A DNA stretch of 55,516 bases, counting the filler, from Sphacelaria rigidula (Eukaryota): NCBI GenBank assembly GCA_964200075.2. It is 6 parts of 6 records of this genome, joined end to end, with 100 filler letters (N's around TTAATTAATTAA, not from the genome) between each part and the next. Parts side by side here need not be neighbours in the genome. Positions count along the whole stretch, not along the records: positions 1 to 9,171 come from CAXNAA020009131.1; positions 9,272 to 18,441 come from CAXNAA020009132.1; 4 more parts are not named here. One strand, 5' to 3'. The translations under genes were made by a program, and so were the position numbers. Shown here piece by piece: positions 1-11,450 of this stretch (positions are counted from its first letter, which is position 1; each line of letters opens with the position of its first letter). The notes under the pieces were generated by a model. That model made no database searches. It was not told where the DNA came from and saw only the letters and a list, made by a program, of their open reading frames with translations.

Positions 1-130
1 CAATTCGTTTCCGGTGATGAGATATTGCTCTGCCAGGTTAAATCCGTTTCTGGGCTGGCCCAGCTCGTACGGTATGCACGATAACATTGATAATCCGTCG
101 AAGCACGATATTTTGGGGTCAAAACATCAC

Positions 131-265
131 CATGGTTCTCTTGGTGATAGCGTTTTCGATCTCCGGCAGAGTGATCCCCATCCCCAGCTTGGCCGCAACG
201 AACGCCAGGGGGTACCCAGTGGCCTTGGACGCCAGAGCGGATGATCGGCTGAGACGAGCGTTCAC
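131..265 (-). CDS. CPS1: CPS exon
   Basis: cag|GTG...ATG|gtga; [45 protein letters not shown]. Confidence 0.95.
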
Positions 266-3200
266 CTGTGATGGTTGAGAAACAAAAAAACGAAGTATAT
301 CCGAATGATTATTTTCACGTCGACAGTCAACTGATTTCCATCCATCGAATGGTTGTTTGTATGTCTCGGGTTTAAACGTCATAATGTGGAGATGGACGTA
401 CAGTATGCAGCCCAAGGGGGGTACATGTAAACAGACGCGGAGTCGTTTGCATAGGAAAGCTCAAGTACCATCAAAGAGTCACTCTGCGATTGGGAGGATA
501 AGGGAACGGGCGAGGGGGGGCACAGACTTTTATCGCTTGAGGAAACTCGAAAAAAGTACAAGACGAAGGGAAAAGGCGAGCGTACAACTAACGTGTACTA
601 TAGATCCGCCTATGAACACACTTGTTTCGTCAAACCGTACACCCTCCCCCCTCCAACTCCCTCTAGGGTAACATCACTCTGAAAACATACAACTTGAAAA
701 AAAGAAAACAAAATTGAAACGAAGATTCAGTGCCGCTCGAGATGAGCCACTGCCCATGATGAACAGAAAAATATAAGACACGGTACCGAACGGTGACAGA
801 CGAAAGAACGAAGACCGGCTGATACGACCGCTGTCCTCCTTACCCTCTGGCCGAGAGGCATTTCCCTCGAGTTCATGTATGTTGACCATCTCTGTGCATT
901 TGTTCTCGCAGAAGGTTGCACTTACAGAACAAGGTTCCCCGTAGTCTCCGTGGTCAAATGTAGAATAATAAGAGGAAAGTTGGGACAGGCTAACGCAAAG
1001 TATATCGACATATACACCCAGAAATGGAATATTCATGTGCTTCGCCAGGACGTTACACTCATTGCTCACCTCGATAATGCAGTAGTCAAGAGAGTGAGGA
1101 TCAAGCGCGTACTGGATGTTGCACTCTCCCACGATGCCCAGGTGCCGCACCACCTGATTCAAGCGGCCGTCACAAAAAATCAGAACAGAGATTCCCGTCA
1201 CAAGAATCAGACCACGGAGTCCCGTCACAAAAAACAGACCGAAGAGTCTCGTCACAAAAACCAGAACAAAAATCCCGTAACAATAACCTGGAAAGAACGG
1301 CATACATTATCGCAATCTCATTTCTCACAATCTCGTCATCACAACCTCATTCTCATTGTTCTCTTTTATCAAGACTGGGTCTGACCCACGTTCACACCAA
1401 AGGCATATCCCAAGCCCTCGGCGAGGGGGGTAGGTGCAGAAGGAGTTTCTCAGGGTCAAGGTGTGCGTAGACAAAGCTTAAATTTGTGCCTCCGGCACCG
1501 ATCTGAGTACAAGATACGTGCTGCAAACGCTGAAGAGCATATAGGTCTCGCCCAATGCTGGAGGAACCGACGTGGTGGTTCATCATACTCAAACTAACTT
1601 CGTGTATACCTCGGAATTTCGGGATGGGCTCTCGCACGCTCCACTGAGCACAACACGAGCGAATGTACAGTTTCTATTGTCACCATTGCGCTGTTACAGA
1701 AATCAGGCAATTCGTGGGAAAAAAAAACAGAGAAAAAAAAAAGTGGACACACTATACGAACAACAATTAAACAAACATGTTCAAGAAACACCAAATACGG
1801 ACAGATTGAAGGTAAAACAAACACACAAACGCACGCGCGCACACATCCACGACTTACCAGCAACAGATTCACCGACCAGCCACCAAAAACAACGGATGAC
1901 AAAAAACATCTCCTGTACGTTGCTTCATACTTGGATGAAGCCAGGCACACAAAACAAGCATCCACCATACCAAGATTTCAAACCACGGACGACGACAAAA
2001 TTCAGCACTAGAAGAGTTCCCATTCTCAACTACCCGAGCAAAAATACACCACTGGCTGGGGAATGACGGCTTCACACGGAATGTGCTATCCAATTCACAG
2101 GACTAGTTTTCATCTCGGGTACAGGATGTATTACCTTCACGGCCGTTTCACGCAGCATGTGGTACTCCGTGTTGCTGAGCGTCTGGCTAGGTGCCACGAC
2201 GATGGAGTCTCCGGTGTGCACGCCAAGAGGGTCGAAGTTCTGCCAAAGGCAAAACCAAACCAAACAGTCGCAAAAAATACAAACGGGGGGGAGTGAACAT
2301 ATAAACATGAGCAAAAGCTCGCGAATGCCACCCCCTCGTGCGCCGGGGAATATTTTTTCAAAGAAGTTGCATCATCTGGCCACACAGATGAATGACCTCC
2401 GAAAAAAAATGAAGTCGAGAACGACTGATGGAATGATAGTCGCAACTTTACTTCGCCCCACCCTGCGCTCCACTGCGCGAGCGAGGCGTTAACCTCCTGT
2501 CGCACGCCATCATGTTCATTGATTATGGCAAATCTTCTAACGCATCTGTTCCCACGGGACCAGCCCGTGATCTGTCTCATCGAGAGTTCAGCCCATATCT
2601 TTCATCTTTCCCCTGATGCATGCCTTGCAACTTTGGTATCGGAGACTGAATCGGCACTCCCGTATCAAGTCAACTCTCGTAAAAAAACAAACTGCTTTTG
2701 CTATTGAAGCTCGCGTCCCCACGTGTTTCAACGACGAAAATCATACACTTGAACTGATACTCGCAAGTTACCTTGCACCACCGCACAAGCTAGGAATTAG
2801 CCTCTAGTGGCATGCATTTTCTTTCAAGACACATTTTTGTTTTCGCGGGATTAGCTCGTGGTATTCAGGGATCAGTTCGCCCCTCCCCCGTGAGAGATAA
2901 CTGGTGGCCACAGAAGACTGAACACCAAGGGAATAATATATGTAATTTTTTCTATTATGTAAATGCATGGAAACGTCATGAGCACCCAATATTGGAGGCG
3001 CCTTCACCAGGAGTAGGAACAGTGCTCTGTCTCGAAAGGGATGCGTCGTAGATGGTGAAATGACTCAGTCAAGCAACAAATGAGTACGGTTCCGAACCCC
3101 CTTCCCCCCCCCCTCCCCGTTCCTGTAGGTTTTGTACTCAGTAAATGTAAAAGATCAAGATCGTTTCGTACCTCCATATTGCACACGGTGATGCAGTTGT

Positions 3201-6200
3201 TAACCGCGTCTCTGACCACCTCGTACTCCACCTCCTTCCACCCTCGAAGCGACTTCTCCACCAGGATCTGAGAGCTGCCGAACACGAAAAACAAGCATGC
3301 AGCATATGATGAAACACTTGAGCGCCATATTCTCGTCATATGGAACCCACTGATGGGTGGACCAATGTGCACACATGATCGCCCGATACTCTTCTCGTGT
3401 TAGGCAACACCACCACTGGAAATGCATCTACCTTTTCGGTTACACCATGTCACCGTGAAATTTCAGAGCTATCTACTGTGGGGTACCTCTTTTTCCATGT
3501 ACCTAAGATGTTTGCCCGGGTATCACCCGTAACCGACAGTTATGTGGATTTTGCAAGCCTCATACGGGTATCCGACAGGTGTATTACATCTTTACGAAAT
3601 GATTACTCTTGCCCGGGGCACGGGTATACCCGTGTAGACATATCGGTTACGGGTACAAGGGTTTCTATACAACCTCAATATCGTGACCGAAAGGTTCTGT
3701 AAGTTTTGGAACATCTCCATTCCGGTACCCGACGTTTCTGTGACTTCTACAATAAATATCATACCCCACCAAAACATTCCCGTACCGTACGGACCACAAC
3801 CCGTCAGAGATTTTTTTTCGGTTGACAACAATCACGACCGGGAACATGTCAGTCAAATTATCGTTGGAACACACGCGAGTAAAAAATTGGGGATTGCGTA
3901 CATACTGGCAATACGCGACCGCTGTCTTGTCGGTGAGAGGTCTTTACCAAGAAAAGAGATGGAAGCTACTCACGCAAGACGTGGTAAATGCTCGTCAAGA
4001 ATACCCGATATTATGTCAGGCCGAAATTTGAGCTGTAAATACATCCCCAGGATTGCCATGCAGGATGAAGGGGTGAGTGTGGTACGAGAGTAGAGTGAAC
4101 TTGAAGAAGCAGGGTCATGATCCAGGTCAGCCTCGTGGGGGAGAGGATTGGTGGAAGTCATACTCCAGTAGTGGATCTTGTGAGAGAACCTGACAGCAAT
4201 GCCTGCTGAATGTCAGAGCATCGCGTACTTCCACATATTCGTAAAATAAAGGTTGTTCCATCACATGGGATGCGCATCACCAGCTCCCGCGACCTTTTCC
4301 AATGTGGGTGCGATGTCTCCACTCTATTAATCGATGTCAACACCGAGAAATGCAATATCAAACCAATTGGGCTCGGGCCCCTACCGAGCATTCCTAGGAC
4401 CCTACCGCTTCCCATGTTGGCGAGTTGGGTTTAATTTTGCCGCCGTTTTCACCTCATCGACAGAGCTTTGCGCCCCATGTCTCGGAGATGCTCCTCATCA
4501 TCGCAGATTCCTGAACCGAGGCCACCCAGAGCGTACGCGGATCGGATCATGACCGGGAAACCAATCCGCTTTGCTGCCTCCACGGCGGCCTCCACGCCTT
4601 CCACTGCCTCCGACGGGGCCACCTTCTCTCCGATCTCTGTTCAATTGTTTTTTTTAGATATTCGTCATGATTCATTGATGTCATACTCCATCAGGTGTGT
4701 ATATTCATTTATCTTTCGACAACTATTATTGAACACGCTTTTGATTGCGACCGCTGCGTAGCAGTGTGCACGTAATATTTCGTCGGTTTTACAGCGGCGA
4801 AGGCGTCGATCCCGCATGTACAATCACAACATGAACGCAAGAAAATACGGAACTCAAACAAGGTACAACAGCATCCGTCACTGTCCAGACAGTCAAGTGG
4901 CATAATACTTTACAAAACTGACACCAATGACCGAAATCCGGAAGCACGGCTGGAAAATAACTACGGCTGCCGCGTAGGCTACTGACTCACCCGCCAGTTT
5001 CTGGTTGAACACGTCGCGGTCTTCGGTGGCCTTGATAGATTGCACCGGCGTACCCATGACCTTTTGATATCGAAAAGTCGGACACAACAGAAGGCACAGA
5101 GAAAAGTCCCGCCGGAGGCGAAGATCAGCAAGTTTCATGCTGTCACCAGCTATATGAAAAACTGGTAGGATGACGCACTATTCAAACGTTGAGGATACCT
5201 TCTAGACGTGGTTGAAAATCGCAGATCACTTCTGATTGCACCTGTTCAGGAGTTCAGTAACGACCGCAATTTTCCCGGTTTTTCTATCTTTGTTTCTTGA
5301 GTGGACTTTTTTTCTCATCATATGGGGAAAATCACTGAAGAAGAATCGGACTCGACAAAATCGGTAAAATCTGTAGTCTTCAATTAATTTATTGCCTGCC
5401 CTGGGTAACAAACCTATCTGCTCTCATCGTTTTAGGAGAACAACTTCTTCCCCGCCCAAAACACTCTGAGATTTCGTGGGGGGAAAGAACGCACCATTTA
5501 GATTGAAAAGACCTCTTGCTCTGACATTACGCCGCCAAACAGGGAAGACTGTAGTGGGTGTAATAGGGCAAAGAGCGCTTGCCTTCACGTCGTACTTCTC
5601 GAAGATGCCCGCCTCGTAAAGCTGCACGGCGCAGTTGAGGGCTGTCTGTCCTCCCATTGACAGCACGATGCCGTCGGGTTTCTCCCTTCGGATGACCTGC
5701 TCTACAAACTCCGGCGTCACTGGCAAGAAGAACACCTGCCCGCGGGCGGAACCAAATCCAACGCAAGATTAACGTGATGACGGAGGTATCAGCATATACT
5801 ATAGTTGTGGACGGAGGAGGGGACAACCAGCGCCAGACAAGACAAAACAATTTGAAAACAACGTCCGGCTGCGCGGATGCAATGCAATGCAACGCCAAAA
5901 AAAAAATAAACAGGGGAGCGACCATGACATTGGAAAACATGAAGACCGATGAGAGAAGCATGACTCAAGTCTACTGGGACGCCAATAAAATGGACATCGG
6001 AATATTATATCGGGAGAAAAACGGCAGGTCAAGCCAACGTTTCTCGCGACAGTCTTGTTTTTTGGTGCCACTGCTACCAACTCCCGACAGACCCACCACC
6101 ATCAGGATCATGATCCTAGCGACTCCGTCTAGGGACCCCGAGACTATGACTGCATCATCGGCGTACACCATTCTTCACACCACACGTCGCACCCTCCACA

Positions 6201-8722
6201 GCGACGTCTCTTCTGTGAAGATTCCCCGTTGTCACCCTTTGTGGACATCATATCGCGAGTCTGAAACCATGCCCGAGGCTGCCCGGAACCACTGAAAGGT
6301 CACGACAAGCGCTGCTGTGCAAAAGATGTTGGAACAGTAGCGCGGGAATAAACGCAGCCCTGCCTGAGTTCCTCATTGACGTTGATAGCGCACCAGTATC
6401 CCACTGTATCCGAGCCCGACACGATATCGTAAAACATACGAATGACCGTCACCATCCGGGGAGGGACCCCGGAACGGGGAAGTACTTCCCACGAGAGCGT
6501 GCTGTCGAGGGAGCCGTAAGTCTCCTGCACGTCGATGAAGCATATATACTAAGAAGCGTGGCTCGCCAGGACAACCATGACCTCGCATGACCCACCGAAT
6601 CTCCCGGTAGTGATTTTCAGGACATTACCAGCAAGAGCAACGAGGGAGATACACCACAGTCGCCTCATGCGCTCGCCCGTTTATTGCTGTGGAACTTTGT
6701 GGTGGCGTACCGGCACTTCTGTGTCACCTCACCAAACGTCCAAGCAGCAACGATGATGCTGTTGAAGTGGTACAGGATTCCCGAAGGCTACCGGACCGGT
6801 ACAAGCTCCAAGAGTTCCACAGGGGAGCTCACCCGATCCACTTGCTTCGCCGTTGGCCAATAGAGTTCAGTGTCTCTTCTGCTTTATTCCGAGTCTCCGA
6901 GCAACATGGCTTCCGGCGATGGCTTGATGCTCTCGACGTAAGTTGGGTCTAGAAATGGCGCTGTTGTATCCAGCAGTGATGATGAACATTATTCCATTTC
7001 TCACGGATCTGATCTCCGCGCCGTAGCAGTTTTCCTACTTTGGACGTCCGTGCCAGCCTCCCATGTTCAGAATCATCATGTACTCACTACAGTTTCCTCG
7101 CGTACACGTCCAAGTATCTGTCCAACCCACGAGGCGATCTCTCGGCACGACTCGGGTCGCCAACCTTGCTCTCAGCCGTTATATACACTATAGGCCTCTT
7201 GCGAACTCTGCTCAGACCTCAGCATCTTTGGACTACCCCTGTACGCCGCATAACGCGATCGGGTCGGATATGACGTAACATGACGTTCTCGGCGGTTCTC
7301 ATCAGTACGTCGACGAAATTGGTGGCCGTTTCACTGAACGGCGCCTTCGCCGTATCTCCTGCATTTTGGTCCCATGGGCAGAGGGCCGCTGTCCCAGCCT
7401 CGGTCGCCACTTCCAGTCCATCAACTCTGGCGCTCCCTCTCTCATGTCTCAACTCCACCAAAGCGTTTCAAGAGACGGGGTTCCAACTCTGGCGAATACT
7501 CCGCAGCTACGAGGTCGAGCTTGGTTTCCCATGACGGAATCCAGTTCCGCGGCCACAGGGTCCTGAACTCTGGCAAAAACTCTGCAGCTACGAGGTCGAG
7601 CTCGGCTTCCCATTACGGGATACAATTCCGTAGCTTCAGGATATAGCTTCGAGCTCGGATACTGGTAACGTGAACGGTATTACTACCGACACCGTGTACC
7701 AAGTACAGTCATCCTCGACAGGGCGGCGGCGGCGGGCGAAGTGGAGATTGCTACATAATGCAACTGTGCGAAAATAGAATGACAACGTAAAATAAAAATA
7801 TGAACCGAATATGACGACTGCTCAAAAAGTACACATATTGATGGATAATAGCATAATTATGCAATGTATGGAGTCTACGCACCTGGTCCGCTTTGTGGGG
7901 GCTCTTGTTGTCCGTGTTGGTTTGTACGGAGGCGATGTTGGGATTCATCAAGATCACCTCGATGCCCTCTTCCTTCAAAGCTTTAATTGCCTGACCCCAA
8001 ACAAGAATTAAACAAGACAAAAGCGAACAAAAAAAATTGGGTCAAGATCGCAACATCTTTGTCGTGAGAGTTATGGGCGTGACCTCTGCCCAACTACGCC
8101 GTGACTGAGTGAACCCGGCGGCACATCCGGGGTATATGACGTGTCAGCTACGCCAAAACGACACCGGCGAAAAAAAATAACCACTGGCGACTTTTATGAT
8201 CATCACGTGTTCAACCGAGCGGTATTTCTCGTGATAACTTCTGCACGACAAGGCACACTACATGAGAGTTGAAATGACCTGCTTGAGACCAGAGATCGCA
8301 CCTCAGCACAAGCGACAGGAAAAACTTTCAGCGATTAACCAACAACCACGTACTCTCACAGCAGTAGTGCAGCTACTGTAGTACAACCCGGGAAATCCGA
8401 TTGTGCAACTACTTGGTAAAAAAAAGCAACACTCATCAATCAATGCACAGTTCACGAATACGATGCTCCAAACCAAGGAGGGGAAAAAAAAATAATTCGT
8501 TTGTTCAAGACTACGTCACACGTCACACACCTGGGAGCCGCTGTAGTCGAATTCCCCCGCCTGACCGATGCTCAGCCCACCCGAGCCGAGCATGAGGGCC
8601 TTCTTGATCTTGGGCTTTTCGGGAGCGGGCTTCGCTTTCGGGAAGTCGATCGCCGAACGGTGCCCGGTTTTAGCGGCGTTGAGGAAGACGTCGAACAGGA
8701 ATTCTGTGTCCGTGGGTCCGCC
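131..8722 (-). CDS. CPS1: Carbamoyl-phosphate synthetase, fused GATase+synthetase, urea-cycle (CPS1/CPS III) type. Partial gene of 9 exons: 8722-8531, 7990-7883, 5735-5583, 5060-4991, 4636-4453, 3274-3172, 2239-2135, 1153-1070, 265-131
   Basis: Manual splicing gives one open frame of 378 aa with consistent phases: [11 protein letters not shown]...[29 protein letters not shown]...[11 protein letters not shown]...MGGQTALNC...TEDRDVF...[17 protein letters not shown]...[17 protein letters not shown]...[16 protein letters not shown]...GECNIQYAL...[23 protein letters not shown]. The 5' and 3' parts of the gene lie outside this contig. Confidence 0.96.
1070..1153 (-). CDS. CPS1: CPS exon
   Basis: cag|GTG...GAG|gtgag; [28 protein letters not shown]. 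Confidence 0.95.
1168..1290. repeat. ~27-bp minisatellite (4-5 units, CGTCACAAAAANCAGA...) next to a CPS acceptor site
   Basis: cgtcacaa recurs at ~26-28 nt spacing. Confidence 0.8.
2135..2239 (-). CDS. CPS1: CPS exon
   Basis: cag|AAC...AAG|gtaa; [35 protein letters not shown]. Confidence 0.95.
3172..3274 (-). CDS. CPS1: CPS exon
   Basis: cag|C TCT CAG ATC...GAG|gtac; (S)[34 protein letters not shown]. Confidence 0.93.
4453..4636 (-). CDS. CPS1: CPS exon (ATP-grasp, YALGGLGSG loop)
   Basis: cag|AG...AG|gtga; (E)[60 protein letters not shown]. This exon is missing from the supplied ORF track. Confidence 0.93.
4991..5060 (-). CDS. CPS1: CPS exon
   Basis: aag|GTC...G|gtgagt; [23 protein letters not shown]. 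Confidence 0.92.
5583..5735 (-). CDS. CPS1: CPS exon followed by a GC donor
   Basis: cag|GTG...AAG|gcaag; [51 protein letters not shown]. Confidence 0.92.
6050..7440 (-). mobile_element. Decayed non-LTR retrotransposon (RTE-like LINE) reverse transcriptase region inside a CPS intron
   Basis: Frameshifted minus-strand RT motifs in the expected order: [14 protein letters not shown] (~6615-6655), [33 protein letters not shown] (~6355-6370), MVYADD (6154-6171). Confidence 0.85.
7477..7640. repeat. Tandem duplication, ~81-bp unit x2
   Basis: aactctggc...gcagctacgaggtcgagct...ttcccat occurs twice. Confidence 0.75.
7883..7990 (-). CDS. CPS1: CPS exon
   Basis: cag|GCA...CAG|gt; [36 protein letters not shown]. 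Confidence 0.95.
8531..8722 (-). CDS. CPS1: CPS exon: GATase C-terminal end, linker and start of the synthetase domain
   Basis: cag|GGC...CAG|gt; 64 aa [64 protein letters not shown]. Confidence 0.93.
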
Positions 8723-9171
8723 CTGTGAAAAGAAACAATATATATAGTTGTATCGCCAATATGGTCACTGATATGTTTATATCATTGCTGTTTCATGAGT
8801 ATCGCTATAATACCAATGATAATCGTCATTATACCAACATGTTGGCATTCGTTTTGATTATTTTATTCCCGCACATTAGCTCGATTTCTCGAACCCGTGG
8901 TCACAGACGTGGGCTTGTCTTTGCAATACCGCCCCTACCATTCCCATCGGGAATTAAGGGGGAAGGGGGGGGGGGCATCATTCCAATATGGAAAAGGGGT
9001 ATGTCTAATAATGCTGTGCGTGGGCCTGTGCCTCATCCCCACGGGTTGGCTTGACCACGCCCCCCGTGCTCCTCAATGTGCGAAACTTTACACGGTCAGG
9101 ACAAATCATCACGACTCACAATCACCACGTTCATTATTTCTTCGGCCTCATTGCCCAAAAGGGAGAACAAA

Positions 9172-9271
9172 NNNNNNNNNNNNNNNNNNNNNNNNNNNNN
9201 NNNNNNNNNNNNNNNTTAATTAATTAANNNNNNNNNNNNNNNNNNNNNNNNNNNNNNNNNNNNNNNNNNNN
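9172..9271. other. Artificial contig linker N44-TTAATTAATTAA-N44; also at 18442-18541, 27712-27811, 36981-37080, 46249-46348
   Basis: Identical 100-bp spacer with stop codons in all six frames, separating size-sorted ~9.17-kb contigs. Confidence 0.97.
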
Positions 9272-9380
9272 AATATGAGGCGCTTCATGCAGCCTAAACC
9301 CAAACATCAGGCGCTGTATGGCCATTTTTTTCGTGACACTATTGGGTTGGTCTTGGGGGGGGGCTATCGTGGAAAGTGTC
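9272..9380 (+). repeat. Dispersed repeat, second copy at ~10879-10990
   Basis: aatatgaggcgcttcatgca...catcaggcgctg...ggggctatcgt.gaaagtgtc is shared by both copies. Confidence 0.8.
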
Positions 9381-9534
9381 CCCGGCTTCACTCTAAATTC
9401 TGCACACGTCGGACAGCTCATGGGCTATCTAAAATAAGTAATCAAATAGGACTCTCAGATCCCTTATCCAAGAGCACTTTTTTTTCTTGTGTGAGTTTTA
9501 ATCTGGATCTATTTTTGTTTTTTGTTTTTTTTGC

Positions 9535-9646
9535 TAGTCTGTGACCACGGAAGGCGTCCGCATCAGATGCCCAGTACGAATGTACCGCGCAGGTATCGGA
9601 ACGGTTTTGAATGTGAAGACAACAACAACAACAACAACAACAACAA
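9535..9646 (+). mobile_element. Retroposon 3'-end fragment with (CAA)n tail; other copies at ~37371-37485 (+) and ~40597-40730 (-)
   Basis: Shared core ctgtgaccacggaaggcatccgcatcagatg...ggtttt.aatgtg followed by CAA/ACA repeats. Confidence 0.7.
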
Positions 9647-9913
9647 AATACGTGACGACGGGGTCTGAGAAGCCAAAGCGCTATCGTTGCGCTATTCCAC
9701 GTGGTCGGCGTCCAGCGCTTTAGGGAGCAAATGTGGGAAAAAAAAGGGGGGGGGCCAAATGAGCTAGGTCATGATCCGGATCAATATACTAATAAGAAGG
9801 AATATTTAGGTAGCTCATGAGCTGCTGTCCGACGTGTTAAATTATGACACACCTGAGCGAGCCTGTCGTTTCGTCGGGTCGCGCTCCGTTGTATGACGCA
9901 GCTATATCGTTAG

Positions 9914-10089
9914 CATGTGGCAATTTGCGGGTGTCGGGGACAAGATGCACGTGCGCGTGAATGGTCTCGACGACGAGGGTCGGCTGTCTTTGGCCTTCGT
10001 TCAGAGGGAGCAGGACAGGGAGAGGCCCCCCAATAGACGTGAGAGGCGGAGGAGGAGTGCTGACAGCGGAAAGGTGGAAGAGAGCTCGG
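9914..10089 (+). CDS. Candidate orphan exon: C-terminal half of an S1 RNA-binding domain plus a basic tail
   Basis: tag|C...G|gtgag; VGDKMHVRVNGLDDEGRLSLAF fits the S1 pattern VGDxVxVxVxxIDxxGRIxLS. Confidence 0.45.
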
Positions 10090-11043
10090 GTGAGACGGTG
10101 ATTGTGTGTGTGTGTAACAATGTTTTCGTGAGATTGGGAGTGCAGAGGATACTATTGAGGGTGAAAAGCGGTCAACTACTGAATTAATCGTTTCAGTTCC
10201 GAAATTCCCCTCCACGAGGCCCGATATGCTTTCTGTAGTAGCTTGCCACTGAGGCCCTTGATGTCCCTGAGTAGGATATCGACGTGTAGCTGCTGTAAGT
10301 ACACGGCAGTGATAGAGGGGAAGAAAAGCAAACACGGAAACGAAAAAATGGCTAAGTTAAAGCGAATGATCAAAGCCACTCTCGATCCGCGCTCTACTCT
10401 CAATCTCACGAAAACGTTGTTGTTGTTCTTGTCTCTGTTATGTGTGGGAATTTCAAGGCCTTGATTAACGATCAATTATATTCCTCTTCATTTTTTTTTT
10501 CTATCTCTCTTCAATCAGTTTTGTTTTGTCCGTTCCATCTTCTTTTCTCCTTTTTTTTTTACTTTTTGTTAGCGAGTGTTTCCGTTTTCTTCACCTTGGG
10601 CACGTCTATTGGATAGTGACCAATGAGTGGGTCTCCCGGGGATCAGTTAATGTGCGACATATCAATCAAATGCCGACGCCAATGATATTGTTTTGTTGCT
10701 GTTCATTTTGTTGTTATTGTCGTTACATTTGAAACTTTCTACGTAGCTCCCCCCCTCCCCCCCCCCAAAGTGCCTGGTTTGGGGAGACGAAATGTTCACG
10801 TAAATCGAAATCGAAAAAGCCGAGCACAACGAGCAGCTGGGGATTCCCACGCTTGGGTTTGTTCTCGCCAATGTCGCCAATATGAGGCGCTTCATGCAAC
10901 CTGAACCTATACATCAGGCGCTGCATGGCCATTTTTTTCGTGACATTTTTTTACTGTTTCTTTGGGGGGGGGGCTATCGTAGAAAGTGTCACTTCACATT
11001 TCTCTTCAGTGATGTTATTGCTGGTTGCTCATGTTCAGGGATT

Positions 11044-11450
11044 GAGTGATGCTACGGCAGGGGTGCACAAATATTCTCTGAGGTTAGAATTGTTGGGAGC
11101 CCTGTATCTCATCCAAAGCACCACTTACGAAACGTGTGAGAGACAGTACGCCAGGATTACTGTTTCAATGTGCTCGAGATATCCCGAATGAATTTGCAAG
11201 CGGGGATGCCTTGACCCTTTTTCTTGTGCAATCTAGAATCGCTAGCAGCCCCTGAACCAGGCAACATTTCCACACCCTAGACAAAAGAATACACGGTCAG
11301 AAAGTGTACTGCGTACAGTATTGACTATTGCGCCTATTGTAATAGACAAACTATTCCATACTGTACGCAGTACATTTTTTTACGAAATAATCTGTTGTCC
11401 AGGGTGTGAACATTTCGCGCAAAACGTGCACCCCTACCGTAGCATTGCTC
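11044..11450. mobile_element. Non-autonomous TIR element, family C (GAG...CTC ends, 4-bp TSD GATT, Sola-like)
   Basis: TIRs gagtgatgctacggcaggggtgcac / gtgcacccctaccgtagcattgctc; GATT on both flanks; a related truncated copy lies at ~18270-18441. Confidence 0.85.

Noticed and set aside
875-1384. Plus-strand ORFs overlapping CPS exons (e.g. 875-1384, 4468-4761, 8501-8728)
   Set aside because: These are antisense shadows of CPS exons and minisatellite, with no independent protein signal.
9216-9227. TTAATTAATTAA palindrome recurring every ~9.27 kb as a biological periodic site
   Set aside because: It is always embedded in N44 runs, so it is a synthetic all-frame-stop linker.
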